Shown: one piece after another, positions 11,747-24,799 of the stretch
How positions within the stretch are numbered: position 1 is the stretch's first letter
Layout of the letters: each line of letters begins with the position of its first letter
Origin: Raillietiella orientalis
Taxonomy: Eukaryota
Assembly (NCBI GenBank): GCA_036172245.1
Contig: JAYWIR010000015.1
Span: 1,736,001 to 1,800,000, forward strand
Direction of reading: 5' to 3'
Length of the DNA stretch: 64,000 bases
Made by a program: the position numbers and the translations under genes
The notes under the pieces: model-generated
Databases searched by the model: none
What the model was told of the DNA's origin: nothing
What the model saw: only the letters and a program-made list of their open reading frames with translations

Positions 11747-12379
11747 TATCAAGACAGTGGACGGGCCGCGGCTCCCCAATGCGTGGTCGTCAGCGCCACG
11801 GCCGAAAATCTTTCCTGGCAGCGTGAGGAGGAACGCGGCTAGCGTTTGACGGACGTGACGCGATCTCGGGGAGGGAGGCAGCGATTTTCTCACGACGTCG
11901 ACACCCTCGGTTTCGTGAGCGAATCCCCTCTCCCCCCCCCACACGTTCGCGGCAGGATCCTACCTTACTGTCGCAGGAACGGACCTTCTCCTGGCGGCTG
12001 CAGTGGCACCTCTCTTGTCTGTAGGGGCGGGGGAGGAAGGGGAAAGCGGTCCCAGCACTCGCAGTCGCTCCTCCTCCCCTTTGCGGGTAGGAGCGAGCTT
12101 TCCCGCGGGACAGGCAGGGAAGCGGACGGTCACGGACTGGGCGCGTTCGGCATGCTGTCACCAGAGGTCGCTGTCCAGGAGGGACGACAAAGACGGCTCC
12201 AAAGAGAAAAAACAAGAGAAAGCGTTGCTGCTGCTGCTGCAACTTCTTGGACGCACCTGACTGCTGGTGAGAAGCAAAGAAATAATAAAAATAAAATCAA
12301 ACGAACAACTTCACTCTCCTTCCCCCCTCCCCCTCCCTTCACTCCCCGTCGTGGCAAATATTGCTGGTGGGGAGGGTAG

Positions 12380-13330
12380 CACTGTTTCAAAGGAAGTTGC
12401 TGCTGGTGGTGCGCGCTGGAGCTTTGAGGGAGAGACGCGATCGGCCTTTCTGCTGTGCCCTCGCCGCCGCTGCGAGCCAGAGCGCGGTCACTCTCTCGCC
12501 GCCGGCGACCCTCCGCATCGGAGCGCCCGAAGGCATCGCCGCCGCGAGCACCGGAAAGAGAAGGGGACCACTCTCTTGCCGGGCTCCGACAGGGAGCGTT
12601 CCTCGGTGGAGGCTCGAACGACGCCCCGCAATAGGACCTTCGCCGCGCGAGCCCCGGAAGGAGCAGGCGTCGGAGGAAGCGGTCGCTTTGATCGCCGTCC
12701 GCCTATTTCCGGGAAAACCACTTCTCTTCCTGGAATTCGCTCGAGGCCTGGGGCTAGTTCGGCTAGGCGGAGGGGGAGGAGAGGGGGGGGGGCATTTCCT
12801 TCCCGGCAGCGTGTGGAGGGACGTAATTCCCACCACGGCGACGTTGCTTCCTGTTTCAGGCGGCTCTGCCGGTCTTCGCACCATGGAGCTGGTTGGATCG
12901 GTGCGTCTCCAGAGTGCCGGGAAGAACGCTGCTCCCTTCGGGGAGCGGTCCTTCAGAGAAAATCGGGAGCATTCCTTCGGGGTTCTCTTCAGAGGAGGGA
13001 ACAAGGAGCAGTTCCCTTCCGGGTTCCCTCCAGAGAAGAATTCCAGGAGAGGACCCTTTCCAGGATTTCCCTTCTGAGACAACCAAGGAGAGAGTCCCCT
13101 TCAGGGTCTCCTAGATTCATAGAGGGACTTCACCCTATAACTTTAAGAGCTACATGCGCCCTCGGGTGGCGTGAACAGTGTTAAAGAGTTTCCTGGCCAC
13201 TACTTAAGGAGGAGGACGGTTCTTCAGTACCTGGTAGCCCCCCCCAAAGACCTTCTCTCTCTACTAGAATAAAAAGACGGAAGGAGAACACCGAAAACAG
13301 GAAAGGACCCCAAAAGGATTTCCATCATCC
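12380..13330 (-). mobile_element. Retroelement putative 5' region (CCCTTCGGG array + low-complexity ORF1-like start)
   Basis: Shared end AAGGATTTCCATC (~13314-13326) also at ~29263 and ~49462; array 12925-13135. Confidence 0.6.
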
Positions 13331-13452
13331 AGTCGCCGTCTGAGACACAGGAAGGCTTGCCGGAAGCCTTGGAAGTGCAGGAGCCTCCCAGTCTTCCAGA
13401 TGAAAGCGGGTCCCGGGTACGACCAGGTTCCGCTCTCGAAGATCTCGGATGA

Positions 13453-14025
13453 TTTTTCACCCGGGTAAGCCGGGGCTTTTATTATTAAAAAATTTTACAA
13501 TTCTTAATTCCTGTCGTCTGTATTTGTGTTCCAGTCAGAACTAATTGTTCTTATTGTTTTATGCACTTGTCCTTTCCGACTTGTATGCCGGTAAGGCCTT
13601 CTCCACTGGCGAAGGGGACGGGAAAAAGAGAGAGAAAAAAAAAAAAAAGTAAAAAGGCTTAGGGGACAATGTTTATGGGGAGGGGAGGGAAGGGAAGGGG
13701 TCACAGTACGCCGTGGGGGGGCCTCTGCATCTGGTTCTGGATGCGAACAAGTGCTGGCAGAATTTTACTTAGCCGGCGCCAACGGGAAGCCTTCTCCATG
13801 GATATGACCGCCCAGTGGATGGCATTCCGACTACTGCGGCCTCTTATTGACGCGTTCCACTTGTCCAATATTCCCCGTATGCAGCAGAGAACTGCAACAC
13901 ACGCGGCACCTGGCAGGGAGTTCCTCATCCGGAGGCGACGAAAAATATTTTTAGGGTCGCCCACCGGTACGTTTATGGCCGACGAGAGTCGATCCCACAT
14001 GAGGCGGAGGGCAACACACTCGACA
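13453..14025 (-). mobile_element. L1/Tx1-type 3' fragment, close relative of 6916-7690
   Basis: ECVALRLMWDRLSSAINVPVGDPKNIFRRL...; near-identical terminus TTTTTCACCCGGGTAAGCCGGGGCTTTTATT. Confidence 0.85.
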
Positions 14026-17000
14026 CATCTCGGATGACGCCGCGCGTTCGGAGAGGACTTTGCTCCGGACCTGCCGTCCCTCTGCGGCGGTTCGGAGAGA
14101 ATCCACCGCCTTCGTTCAGCAAGTGATCCATTTCCTCGAAAGAGGTTGTCCTCCTGCTTTGTGGTGCGGAAGGGAAGATCCACCCCTTCCTCCTCCTTTC
14201 CCCCCCCCCGCCACTTCGACTACGGATTCTCCTTCTCGCTCGAGAGGGCTCCTCGCACTTTTCAGGAAGGGCTACTCTCCGCGAGGAGGAATCGAAATCC
14301 GTCGCCCCGAGACCACTGCGAGATCAGCTCGATCAAATCGTGCCATAGCATCGCATTCGCCCAGCTTCTGCAAAGTCGTCCATTTGGTTCCCTTGTCCCG
14401 GAAGATCTTCTAGCTCGGAGTCGGCGTCCCATTGCCTGGGGAGTGGGGCGAGTGCCCCTACGATCTTCCGTCGGTGCGCAAGAGGAGGAGAGACAGAGGG
14501 AGGGAGAGCAAGTGCAGAGAACAGACAAGGAGTGCCAGCGTCCGTCAGAGCGCTCGTCCAAGGATCCGGCGAACAACGGAACGAGGCCATGGTCTTACAA
14601 GGCGGAGGAGCAATCGAACACGGTGTCCCCTAGGGAACCCGGCGTCCTACCAGTCGAGCCCATCGAACAGGAGAATAACGGCCATTATGGACTGCGGGAT
14701 GTCCCGTCTGCAGAAAATGGACTCCATAGGGACCTTCTTCCCCCTTGGAGTAAATGAGAGGAGTCAATTAGTATTGATAATTGACTGATCCCCAAGGAGT
14801 CAATTAGCATCCATGGAGATTAGTTTATGATCAGGGGTCTGGGCATATTCAGGAAAGTCCTCCAGTCTTTCCTGAACAATGGCGCGCGGCAGGCCATCGC
14901 GAAGTGCATCGATCTGCCAAGCCGGCCTGCCGGCGGAACGCCGTTCGGAGCAACGGGATGCCTCGGTCTTCCAAGAGCTCCAGGTGCAGCGGACAGCTCC
15001 GCAATCGATAGCTCCGCCAAAGGGACCTTGCGTTACTGGCTACTGGACCATGCGTAAGCTGTCTTGCAGAGCACCACAGTCGGGCAATCAAAAAAGACCT
15101 GCAAGAGACGGATCTGGGGGAATGTCAAGGCAGGTTCGACAGAAGCAACCAGGGGCCGGTCCAGCAGCGAAGCCAGAAGCTCTTGGACGGTAAGAGGATA
15201 AGCGTCCAAACAATGCAAGTCACCTGGACCTATCAAAGCGCGTAGTAGCCCAGGATCGCGTTTGGACAGAACTCCTCACGTCTCCCTCTCCCTCAATCGA
15301 CGAACACACGAAGAAGAAGGTCACCTGAAGCCTGTGCAAGATGCAGCGCAGGGAAGCGCGGAAACCACCAAGCATCCAGACTAAGGAAGTACCACATCCT
15401 GCGGGGAACAGCACCGTGACTAAGGACATTTCTCGTATATCGGAGAGCACAAGAAGTTTCCCAGTTGGCAGATACTCATGCAGCCCCTTTTTCCGCATCG
15501 CCTACCAGGAATGGGGCCGAGTGGATATTCAGAAGGTGAGGAACGCACCAATTCCGGTCCCCACGTCCCATCGTCGGTTACACTGTACCTGATGCCATGA
15601 TCAGAGGGCGAGACGGACTCGAATAAAAGAGGCCACTACACATCAAGGGAATCTGATGACCTTGACCGGCTGAAACCAGAACCTGGCATCCAGAAAAAGT
15701 GGAGGTGCGGTCATCTTAGGCATGATGTGTCCACGCGAACACCCCGCCACAGCATCAGAGGATGCGAGGCTGAGGCAGGGGATCAGTTGCCGTAGGTTGG
15801 CTCCTTTTTATGGAAGGGAGCTCCAGCAGCCGTGAGTGCAGTCGCCGTGTGATCCTTGGGATCACTGGGTAGCGGGAACGGAGGTTTTGTTCAGGATTCT
15901 GGGGTAGTGAGCAGATGGTTGTGCTTTCTCGCACATCCTCTGTAAGGAAACACGAGCGTGAATCAAGCTCTCTAGGCATTGGTGAGAAACCTGGCGTGCT
16001 CCAGAGGAAGGGTCGCTTTCGAGCGACTCGCATCTCTGAATGGAAAATGCAGGGAAATGTGCGCAGAAAACGGAGAGTGCGCTTATCCCAAGGCCATGCT
16101 GGAAGATGAGATGAGTAGGCGCTTGAGGCTCCACCGAATCTTGGGTCGCTCTCTGTGGAGTTCGCGACGATGACTCGCTGCTACAGCTGTCCTGCGGAAC
16201 CACTTCGTGGCCGAAAAGGGGGGGGGGGAGTTGTCTCCGCGACGCAGTAGGAGTTGCTGGCATGTTGCTAAACCAGTTAGTGTGATTCCCTATGCCAGCC
16301 AAGACGATCTGGTCTCGTAGCGACTCACCTTCTCAAAACAAAGCAGCGCATGGCTTCGCTGCCACCTCCACAACGAGGGGGTGCGTCAATGCATTTCCGG
16401 TGCACGCTAAATGCATCGTTGGCTTTTCCCTTGTCTGGCAAGTGGTCTTGCGTTTCCCGTCCACAGGTCAGAGGGTTGAAACGGTGGAGAGGCACGAACG
16501 CCTGCGGATGCAGCGCGGACTGGCGCAAAAATGTCCATGCGGGGCACAACCTGGAATCACCGAGTGCGATTAGAGCCGTTTGCTAATTTTAGAAAATGAA
16601 ATTGAGGGCATATGGTGATTAGAGGATTTTTTCCCGTCTTCTAGTTTATTATCAATACATACTTTGCAACATGAAAGTTAATTGATTTTGATTACTTGAT
16701 TAGACATGCTTGTATTACATATCAAAAATTATGATAATATAGAACACTGGCAATAATATCTTTGGAAGAATTAGCATCTGTAGAAATCATCGGTCTATCT
16801 TGGAGGAGTTGATCCTGATGGTGATGATTGGCGGTCGTCGGTGAAGCCATTGTCTATCTGCTTGAGCGATGAAACATCAAACAAACAGAGCTCGTGCTCA
16901 AGAAAGACTTTTTCTTCAGCCCTTGCTAGGCAGGACTGTCGGAATGCCAAGATAGAGCTCCGTCGAAACCCATCCATCTCCATCAAGGTATTGGTCGGCT

Positions 17001-17171
17001 TCGTCTAAGTTGCGGGCAAGTTCCGCAAATCGCAGTTCTAAAACATGGAGCCTCGAACGTTACTCCTGCAAACAAAAATATCACACGTGATTTCCTGATA
17101 TCTCAGCTTCGTTGCTGAACCGGTGCTTTCTCATCCGATCTTTACAAAGAACCCCATTTTTTAAACCTGTG

Positions 17172-17281
17172 CGTGTCCCGTCACTCGTCTCCCATAGCCG
17201 TCCCATAGACTCGTGTCCCGTCACTCGTCTCCCATAGCCGTCCCATAGACTCGTGTCCCGTCACTCGCGTCGCCATAGCCG
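17172..17281. repeat. 40-bp tandem repeat, ~2.7 copies
   Basis: Unit CGTGTCCCGTCACTCGTCTCCCATAGCCGTCCCATAGACT; the first two copies are identical. Confidence 0.95.
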
Positions 17282-20200
17282 GTAGCAGGCGATTTTAAAA
17301 TAAATTGTTTGCCGGGTGGGAGTGGGGGGAATCAAATGTTAAGACATTTTCAATGATGCAGCCCCATACAAAAGATTAAGAATCAGACTTTCGGTTAGAC
17401 AAAATGTTGGTGAGCGATCTGCTGGTTCCCAAGCACACCAACGCTTTCATACAGGTGCACCTCTATCTGTGGTCACTCCTGAGCGGACGAGGTCTTTTCG
17501 CCCGCTGGTTCATCTCATTTTGTTTTATTTTTGTCCTTGAGCTCTGTTCTGTCATCCGTTTGCGATGAAAAGCGCTTAAAGGACATCGGCTATTTATTCT
17601 CGAAACAACAACAGCCACTTTGGATCACTGTCGGAGAGGTCAGTTTTCAAGCAGTTTCCTTTTCATCCCCAAGATGTGTGACCATGAAGCACGAGGGATT
17701 TTCTCCTATAGCAATAACGCAGAGGTGTGTGGGGACACTTGGAAACTTTTCTTTAGCCTTGCTTGGCGAATGGCTGCATTCGCAGCAGTCATGATATCTT
17801 CACTTCCATGTGAAATGAAGCTGGTAAGCGTCTTCAGTGGTATCTAAATGGTTTCAAACATGATTGGTGGGCCCATATGTATGTATAAAATGCCCATATG
17901 TATGTATGTATAAAAGAACTGAACTGTAAAATTACTGCTTCGGTTTTGATGCCAGAATGCGCATACAGGACACGACATCCAGCACTCTAGGTTGGCCAGC
18001 CGTATCAAGAAGTCCTCCTAGTGGGGGGAGGATCCGAGGTCTCAAAGTTGGTCCTAGATCCGTCGAGTAAGCCATTTCTTTCTTGCCCTTTGAAAGCGCA
18101 CTTCGGATTCAAGGGGGAACACGGATGACGTACTTGTTTAGAGAGGAAATGAAGAGTGCCGTCATAAATTTAGGAGTTCCTGGGTTCTAGAGAAGCCTCC
18201 TGGAAGACAAAAAGACGCCATTGCTTTACTCAAGCCCTTGTGGTTATCCTTTTCAGTTGACGATTCTTCGAAACGCTTAATGTGTGAAGATTACTTACAA
18301 AAAGCGTTTGAAGAAACTCTGATAAGTATGAACACCCTCGTCATATAAACACTTGCTAACCCTACCCTCCGGCTGGAGAGATCCACCACCACTCTTTGGT
18401 ACCTGGTTGGTATCGGAACTTTTGTACGCGTGCTGAAATCTGCCGGAGTTTTCCGTGCACTGGAAAAGCACAACTTCATGCGATCGGGTGATGCTGGAGA
18501 GTTCGCGGTAGTGTTCACGACTCCAAACTGGTGTTCACAGCGTCTTTTTTGCAGGGTGGCTGGAGTACGAAGTTCTTCATCCTGTCTGCCGCTCCTAACC
18601 TTGCTGCTCGGGTACGCCAAGCGATAGCAGCCGGAGAGCCTCCCCGTTCGGCTGGAAAGTGAGGGATGTTCCTTGTTGAGGTGTTTTTTTCCCCCCCCCC
18701 CCCTTCCAGACAGATACACTGCTAGTGGAGTCGGAGTTCGAACCCGCAGCCTTTCTCTCGGCACGGGAGTTTTCTCCTTGTCAGAGCTAGCAACACCCCT
18801 GCCCCTTGGTTAAGGGACCTCCACAATTCGTTTGGAGGTTCCTCGAAGGTCGTCTGACCCTGTTTTTTTTCTGTTGCCGTCTGCGTCTCTTGTGTGACAC
18901 CCGGATCGAGACAGGAAAAAACCTGCGAGATTTTTCGGCATTCCCTTTTCCAGTTTCTGGACCAACGGCGTTTCGTTCAAGTCGCATCCCACACACAAAA
19001 AGAGAACTCCTGATGGAGCTTGGGTGGCGGCGGGGTGCAGCACGCCGAAGTTTCTCGTCATTCGGCTGGATCAGGGGTCTCTTGAGTCTTCCTGAGCGGA
19101 AACCGAGGAACACTCAGGCGCCCCTCACCCCAGCTGCCACCCGTTCTCATTGAGACGGAGTTCTGACTTCTTGATCTGAGATGTTTCCGAACGCTCCGGA
19201 ATTCGCTTGTTCGGTGCACAATGCTCCACCGATGAGCCGAGAGCCCTGTTCCTCTCTCCCACCCTTTCAGTGGCGGAGCTGTACGGAAGAGTAAGCCGGA
19301 TTTTATCGAGATGAAGGTACTTCGTGTCTTCACGGCGAAACCATTCTCCCCCCCCACCCCCCACCTTAACACGTCGACAGCCACGCCGGGTTTGCAAGAT
19401 GCTCTCAGGGTCCGCAAGAGAATTTTCGTTATTCTAAGCATATGATGAGAAAATAATAAGAAATGTGGTTATATGAGATCACGCCCTTGTCCATAGTGCG
19501 TTCATCTTGCCGGTGGTCACCGATGACCTCCGTGGCCCCTTGGTGCGCTCAGTTACTATTGATTACTTTTTTTGAATCCTTTTTTTACAAGTACAAGAAA
19601 GCAACTACCGCGACGTTTACGTGATATGGTAATGCATCTCGAAAGGTATCTTGGAAACCGTAATAAACAACCCTTCATTTATTTTGACAAATACATCCTC
19701 ATTAGTTAGTGAGCCGTAAGAATTCGTATGGTAAAGCTCGTAAAAATCGTGAGAAAGCGTTGCGCAAGATATTAGTGAACAGTGTTTGTCCGTTTTTATA
19801 ATAATAAGGTGTGTGCATACTTCTACCTTAGATTTTACGATTCTAAAGCGATATTTACGATCATTTTGCGAAAGTATGCTTATAATAGTGTTCATAGATT
19901 ACCCCTCAAAGATATGGATACAAACGATGGCCCGACTCATTTACGCTGAAGATGTTTTAAGTACAATACACCGTGCTTAATTTTTGTAATACGACGTATA
20001 ATGTTTTCATTAAAATCTTTAATTGCTGAATAGTGCATTTTTTATTCCATCATATTGTCTAGTTAGCTATGATGCCCCAAATTTTTTAGTTGACGATACT
20101 CATTTTACTCATTCCAAACCTTGGAGGACTCCGTTCACTGATGACCACCCTGGCCCCATCGAGGAAACCATCTCCGGTCGCAGGATGACAAGAGTGGCAG

Positions 20201-23200
20201 TCAGCGGGGAAACAGGGAACATCCCGCATCTCCTATCTGTACGGGAAAGCTCTCTCTCTGGTTACCATCACTTCCTGCTGCTCGTCGCGCTAACGAGGAG
20301 GAATCCAGAAAGAATGTGCGACGGCCGCATCATCGTCTTCCCCGCCGAGAAGCTGCGGCGGAAAGCCGCTCTCCCACATGCGGCCGCTGCGTTTGCATCG
20401 TCAAGCCGCCGGAGGGGGCACTCTGAATGCTTCTTCCGCTGCTGCAACTTCTTCTTGGGGGGAAGCAATTTATCTCTCTCTCTCCCTCTCTCTCCCTTCG
20501 CCAGGCGAAAAGGAACGCTCCCGATTTCCACCGGGGCTCTGGTTACATCCAGCTCGTGCGCAGCGAGCAGGGAAAAATCCGGGGTATGCCATCTTGCGAG
20601 ATTCCATTGCAGCGACTACAGACGCAACCTGAGAAGCCTGCCTGCCCGCTTCCCCAAACAAAAAACCGAAGCAGAGGGCACGACAAGGGCTTCTCGACGC
20701 CACTCCATCATTGGCGTATTCGAAAATAATGCGTAGTAAGTTGGCGTGCCACACGCTCGGGTGGTGCGTGCCGGTACCACCACCAGGTTCTCTGTGTTGG
20801 CACGGCACGATGCAGGTCAGTGTCTCTGTGAACGGATTTTCCTTCCTGCCTTCCTTTTTTCCTTCTTCTTTCGTGAGGCACACGCTTTGCGCTTTCGTTC
20901 CGTACGATGTACGTGCACGTGTACATGCACGCGCGCACACCAAGTGGATGCGTGTGTGTATGCGTGCCCTGCGTGCAAGAGGAGCGCGCGCGCGCAAGCG
21001 TGAAGCAGGAAAGAGTGGTGGATCGAAAGGATAGTGAGACGCCTCCGGGACGTGCACCGTGCACACTCACGCTCGGTGTGTGCCCTCGGGTGCGTTTCGT
21101 GCGTGCCTTGGAACACGCCGGGCATAACGGGCAAGACCGTCGTTCTGTCGTTCTTCCGAAACGCAGGCAGCGCGGCAACGGGAAGATGCGTCAGGATGGA
21201 CCGTCAGGTGGCGACGGTTCCATCGCGTTTTTGTCGGTAGATCCCTCCCGAATCGTCTCGTCGTGCCTTTGATGCACCCTTACTTGCTGCACGCTTCCTC
21301 CCCCCCCCCCCTTCCCTCCCCCGCAGTGCGGAACAGAGTCGCGTGTGCGTCGCTGGAAGGTGCGTTCGTTCACGGCAAGCCATTCCGATGTGAAGGCATC
21401 GCGGGCACGACCGAAAGTCCGGCGCGCCGTTGCGCCGGCTGTAAACTTCGGTAAGTCGGTGACCGAAACGATCATCCGTCGGTAAAGACTGCGTCTCCAA
21501 GGCTACGGGAACGCCCAAGGCACGACGGAATTTGTGGCGATTTGCGCTGCGGAAGCTTCGTGAGCTCTGCAAAGAAATCTGCAGCGGCGGGCAAACCGGG
21601 GGATTCTTTCGTTCCCCGTCTCCTGTCCTTTCCCGGCGTCGGGGGTGGGAGGGAGTATACTCGGTTGCATGCGCGCTGCGGATACTCAGCGAAATGATGC
21701 CTTTGCAAAATACAAGAGGCCACCCTCGTCCAACAGTGTGGATCGTTTTCATTTGAACTCTTTGACCGTGTTCTTGGGGGCAGTGGCTGAAGCGGATAGT
21801 TGCCCGAGGTCGCGCACCCGTCTTTCCACCGATCAGGTCGGAGCACGTGTCAGAAGAGACTTTTGACGGAACTAACGTGCGGTGTCGCAGCGCGAGCATT
21901 GGGCAGACGGTCGCTCGGTCTGGGGAGGTGACTTGCGATGGTTGCAGCGTTCTCTGGACGGCAACGCGCGGCGTCGAGCATGGCCTCCGGGCTTCTCGAT
22001 AGTTATCCAGGAGTCTGAGGAACGATGTGCCAACGGGGGTCACCTATTGGGATGATTGGCGCCACGAGGTTTTGTTGTTGTTGTTGCTCGTGCAAGTGAC
22101 AGGGTGACCGGGGAAAGTTTGAGGAGCTTGGGGTATAGGTTGCAGTACGACGCGCGCCTTTTGGTGAGGAGGAGGAGGGCGTCTTCTGGACGGGAGCTCT
22201 ATGTTGGACGCGTTTCCCGTGTTATCTCACCACTCCGCCTCCTAGCTGGGATTGGGGTTCGGGGAGATGCCGTGCCTCACCCCCGAGGCCGAGAGTTCAA
22301 GCCTTCGCGTTCTCCTGTTTGACTTGCTCGTCGGTCCGTCAGTGCTTGCTCCGGCGCCTTGTTTCGTGACAGCAAGTTTTTCGTGCAATCTACACAGGCA
22401 ATCTGGACGACGAATGGTAGGGATGAACATTTTCCGTGAATTCCCCCTCCCCCCCTTTTTTTTCGTTGCAGCTTCCGTGATTGCGCAGAAGCGTTTGGTA
22501 ATTCCGGCGCCCGATCTAGACGTGTAGTGGAAACCGCCGCAAATTGTAGGGAGGAGATTTCACAGCAAACCGCTGGCGCCCAAAGCAGTCGCACATACCG
22601 GGATGATGATGATGATGCGGGCGGGGAGGATCCCGGCGTTTGAATGAGCGCAACTTCTGCGCGAGGATCCTCGGGGAGTTTTTCTCCCCCCCCTCTAGCG
22701 TTTCCGTGCGCAGCATGGGTGCACGCGTCCGGCGCATCTCTTCTCCGGACACGCAAGCTGGCGCCCTGGAATTGCGCGTGCGCAAGTTGCGAGCGGATAC
22801 GGCGGCATCCTCGTTAGGCCGGCGCTGATCCCGGCGCTCAATCCTCGCGTGTGTGTCGTAACGGGAATGAAAACGCGTGGTGGTTTCTGCAGCGGAAAAT
22901 GTGCCGCGGAATGGCACATGACCGACTCGAACGTGTGTCGCGTAGCTTGGAAAACTGGGCGTTAGGCGAGTGTTTTTTTTTTCTTTCCCCTCGTTCGGAA
23001 AGGGAAAAAACGGCGCCCTGCGGGTTTCGCTTCCTCCGGCTCGATCGAGTGGATGTGCAGATGGAGGAGCTTCCTCATCCCTCTTCCGACGGTTTGTTTT
23101 CTTTCGACTTGCTACGTGCGGAGCTTCCTTTTTATCCTCCCTTTCTGCGTGCTAGGCAGCACCAGGTAGGCTTCCTTTTTTTTCTTTTTGCTCTCTCTTT

Positions 23201-24799
23201 CCTTGGCTGTTTGCTGCAGCGGTTTTATCGTGTCTTCAAAGTGCCTTTCTGGCGAGCTTGCATTCGCACGGAACTCTCCAGCTCCTTATATGAATGAATG
23301 GTATGATGACTGGGATGGTTCTTCCTTTTTGATTTTTTCACAGAGTTTTGTCCTGGGTTGGCGTTCTTTCCTTTTGCACAAATTTCGACAGGGAACAACG
23401 GTCGCCTCTTACGTGAGCAGAACACACACACTCCTTGCGAACGTTTTTCTTTTTTTTTCCTGCTTCTTCCCAAGCCGGTAGCTGTTGCTTCCGTCTCCAT
23501 ATTGGTTTGCAGCATGGAACAGGAGCCATGTTGTGTTTCGGTCGCTTTTGGTGTTGGGGGAGAGGAGCGGTTGCCGAAAAGTTCAGAGTATTCGGCGCTG
23601 TGCTTTGCTTGAAAACGGAAATACAGGGCGCGCTGCTTCTGAATTTCTCGTCGTGTCACCGCGAACACTGTCTGCTTCCACGGGAAATTCCCGGAGGGTG
23701 ACCCCGGAGCAGAGGTAGCCGTTCACTTGAAAAGTCCTTCAGGCGTATGGCGCCAAAATGAGCAACCCAAGAAGCAGCGCACTTGCAGGTCTTCAGGAAG
23801 TTCCTCTAGTCGTTTTCGAGCGTATGACTATCCTCTAACGCTCTGCACTCCCCTCCCCCCCTCCTTCTCCCGATGCAAGTCTCTGCGTGCACATGCGGTA
23901 AGGAAGGGGAAGATGGTCCAGCTGTTCCGAGCTTGGTGACATGAGGGACTTTTCATTCGCCGTGACATCTTTGGTGTCTCCTTGACACTTCTTTTTTTTA
24001 AAGGCTCTCTTAGTGCACTCTCCCATGTACGTGTGCTTAAAAAGGTGCGTCTCTTTAGCTCATTTGGAATTCGGAGGGCAGCGCGGGCATTGTGGCAATG
24101 AGTTTGCAAGGTGCCAGCCCGCGAAGGTAGCACTCTTGGTATGACTCTGAAAGCCGTGCCATCGAAAACGTTGCTCGTTGTTTCCTTCCGTGGCGAGTCC
24201 TTCGAGTGCCACTGCCCATTTCCCTTCCCGCAGCTCGCGCCTCCATGTGGAACCCCCGCCTGTTTCTTGTTGGGTCGCCTGCCAGATTCTCGTGGCCTCT
24301 CGGTCCCTTGTGCTTCTCTCACCCATCTTGACCCCTGTTGTTCTTGAGTGTCGAGAGCTGGCACCATTTGCCCTCGCCGTCGTCGTGTGTTTCCCGGGTA
24401 TCTGCGTGGTGATGGAAGCTTGGCCGTGCAAGAGGGTGGAAGGGAGGAGGAATGGCTGGATACTTTGCCGTGCCGAAGTTTTGACGACGTCCGGAAAAGA
24501 GGAGGAACCGTGACGGCCGCACACGTCTGTAGGGCTGATGGCTCCCTAGTATAGTCCCCCACCCGGCACGAAACGTCCAGGCGGCAAAAGACAAAAAGGG
24601 GAAAGCGGTTTGTGGAACGCTAGGATCGCGTCGGTATATTTCTTCTCTTGTTCACGCTGTTGCCAAAGGGATCGCGAGGTCTTGCACGCAGTCGTTATGC
24701 ATATGCCTCGCTTTGTCTCATATGCTTGTCTTCCTGATTTCTTGTCTTCCCATCCAGAAGCGTAGCTAGGAAATAGAGAGTAACGAGAATGCCGGCATA

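Noticed and set aside
12267..13184. Long overlapping ORFs in GC-rich DNA (also 21204-22043, 25378-26286, 27996-29093)
   Set aside because: Arg/Pro/Gly/Ser-rich shadow ORFs expected from high GC, or read-through of TE fragments; no host domains.
15650..15700. CTGATGA...GAAA hammerhead-like core
   Set aside because: Stem II does not close properly and no stem I/III with an NUH site was found.
14300..16570. Probable ORF1/ORF2 retroelement debris (also 18000-18650, 32050-33400, 36130-36780, 60100-62400)
   Set aside because: Only faint motif echoes (zinc knuckle, GGLG, APE-like); too decayed to delimit or classify.
17172..17281. Regular repeat resembling a CRISPR array
   Set aside because: Plain head-to-tail tandem with no unique spacers; eukaryotic context and no cas genes.
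19617..19895. 92-aa AT-rich minus-strand ORF, possible viral or transposon relic
   Set aside because: No recognisable motif.
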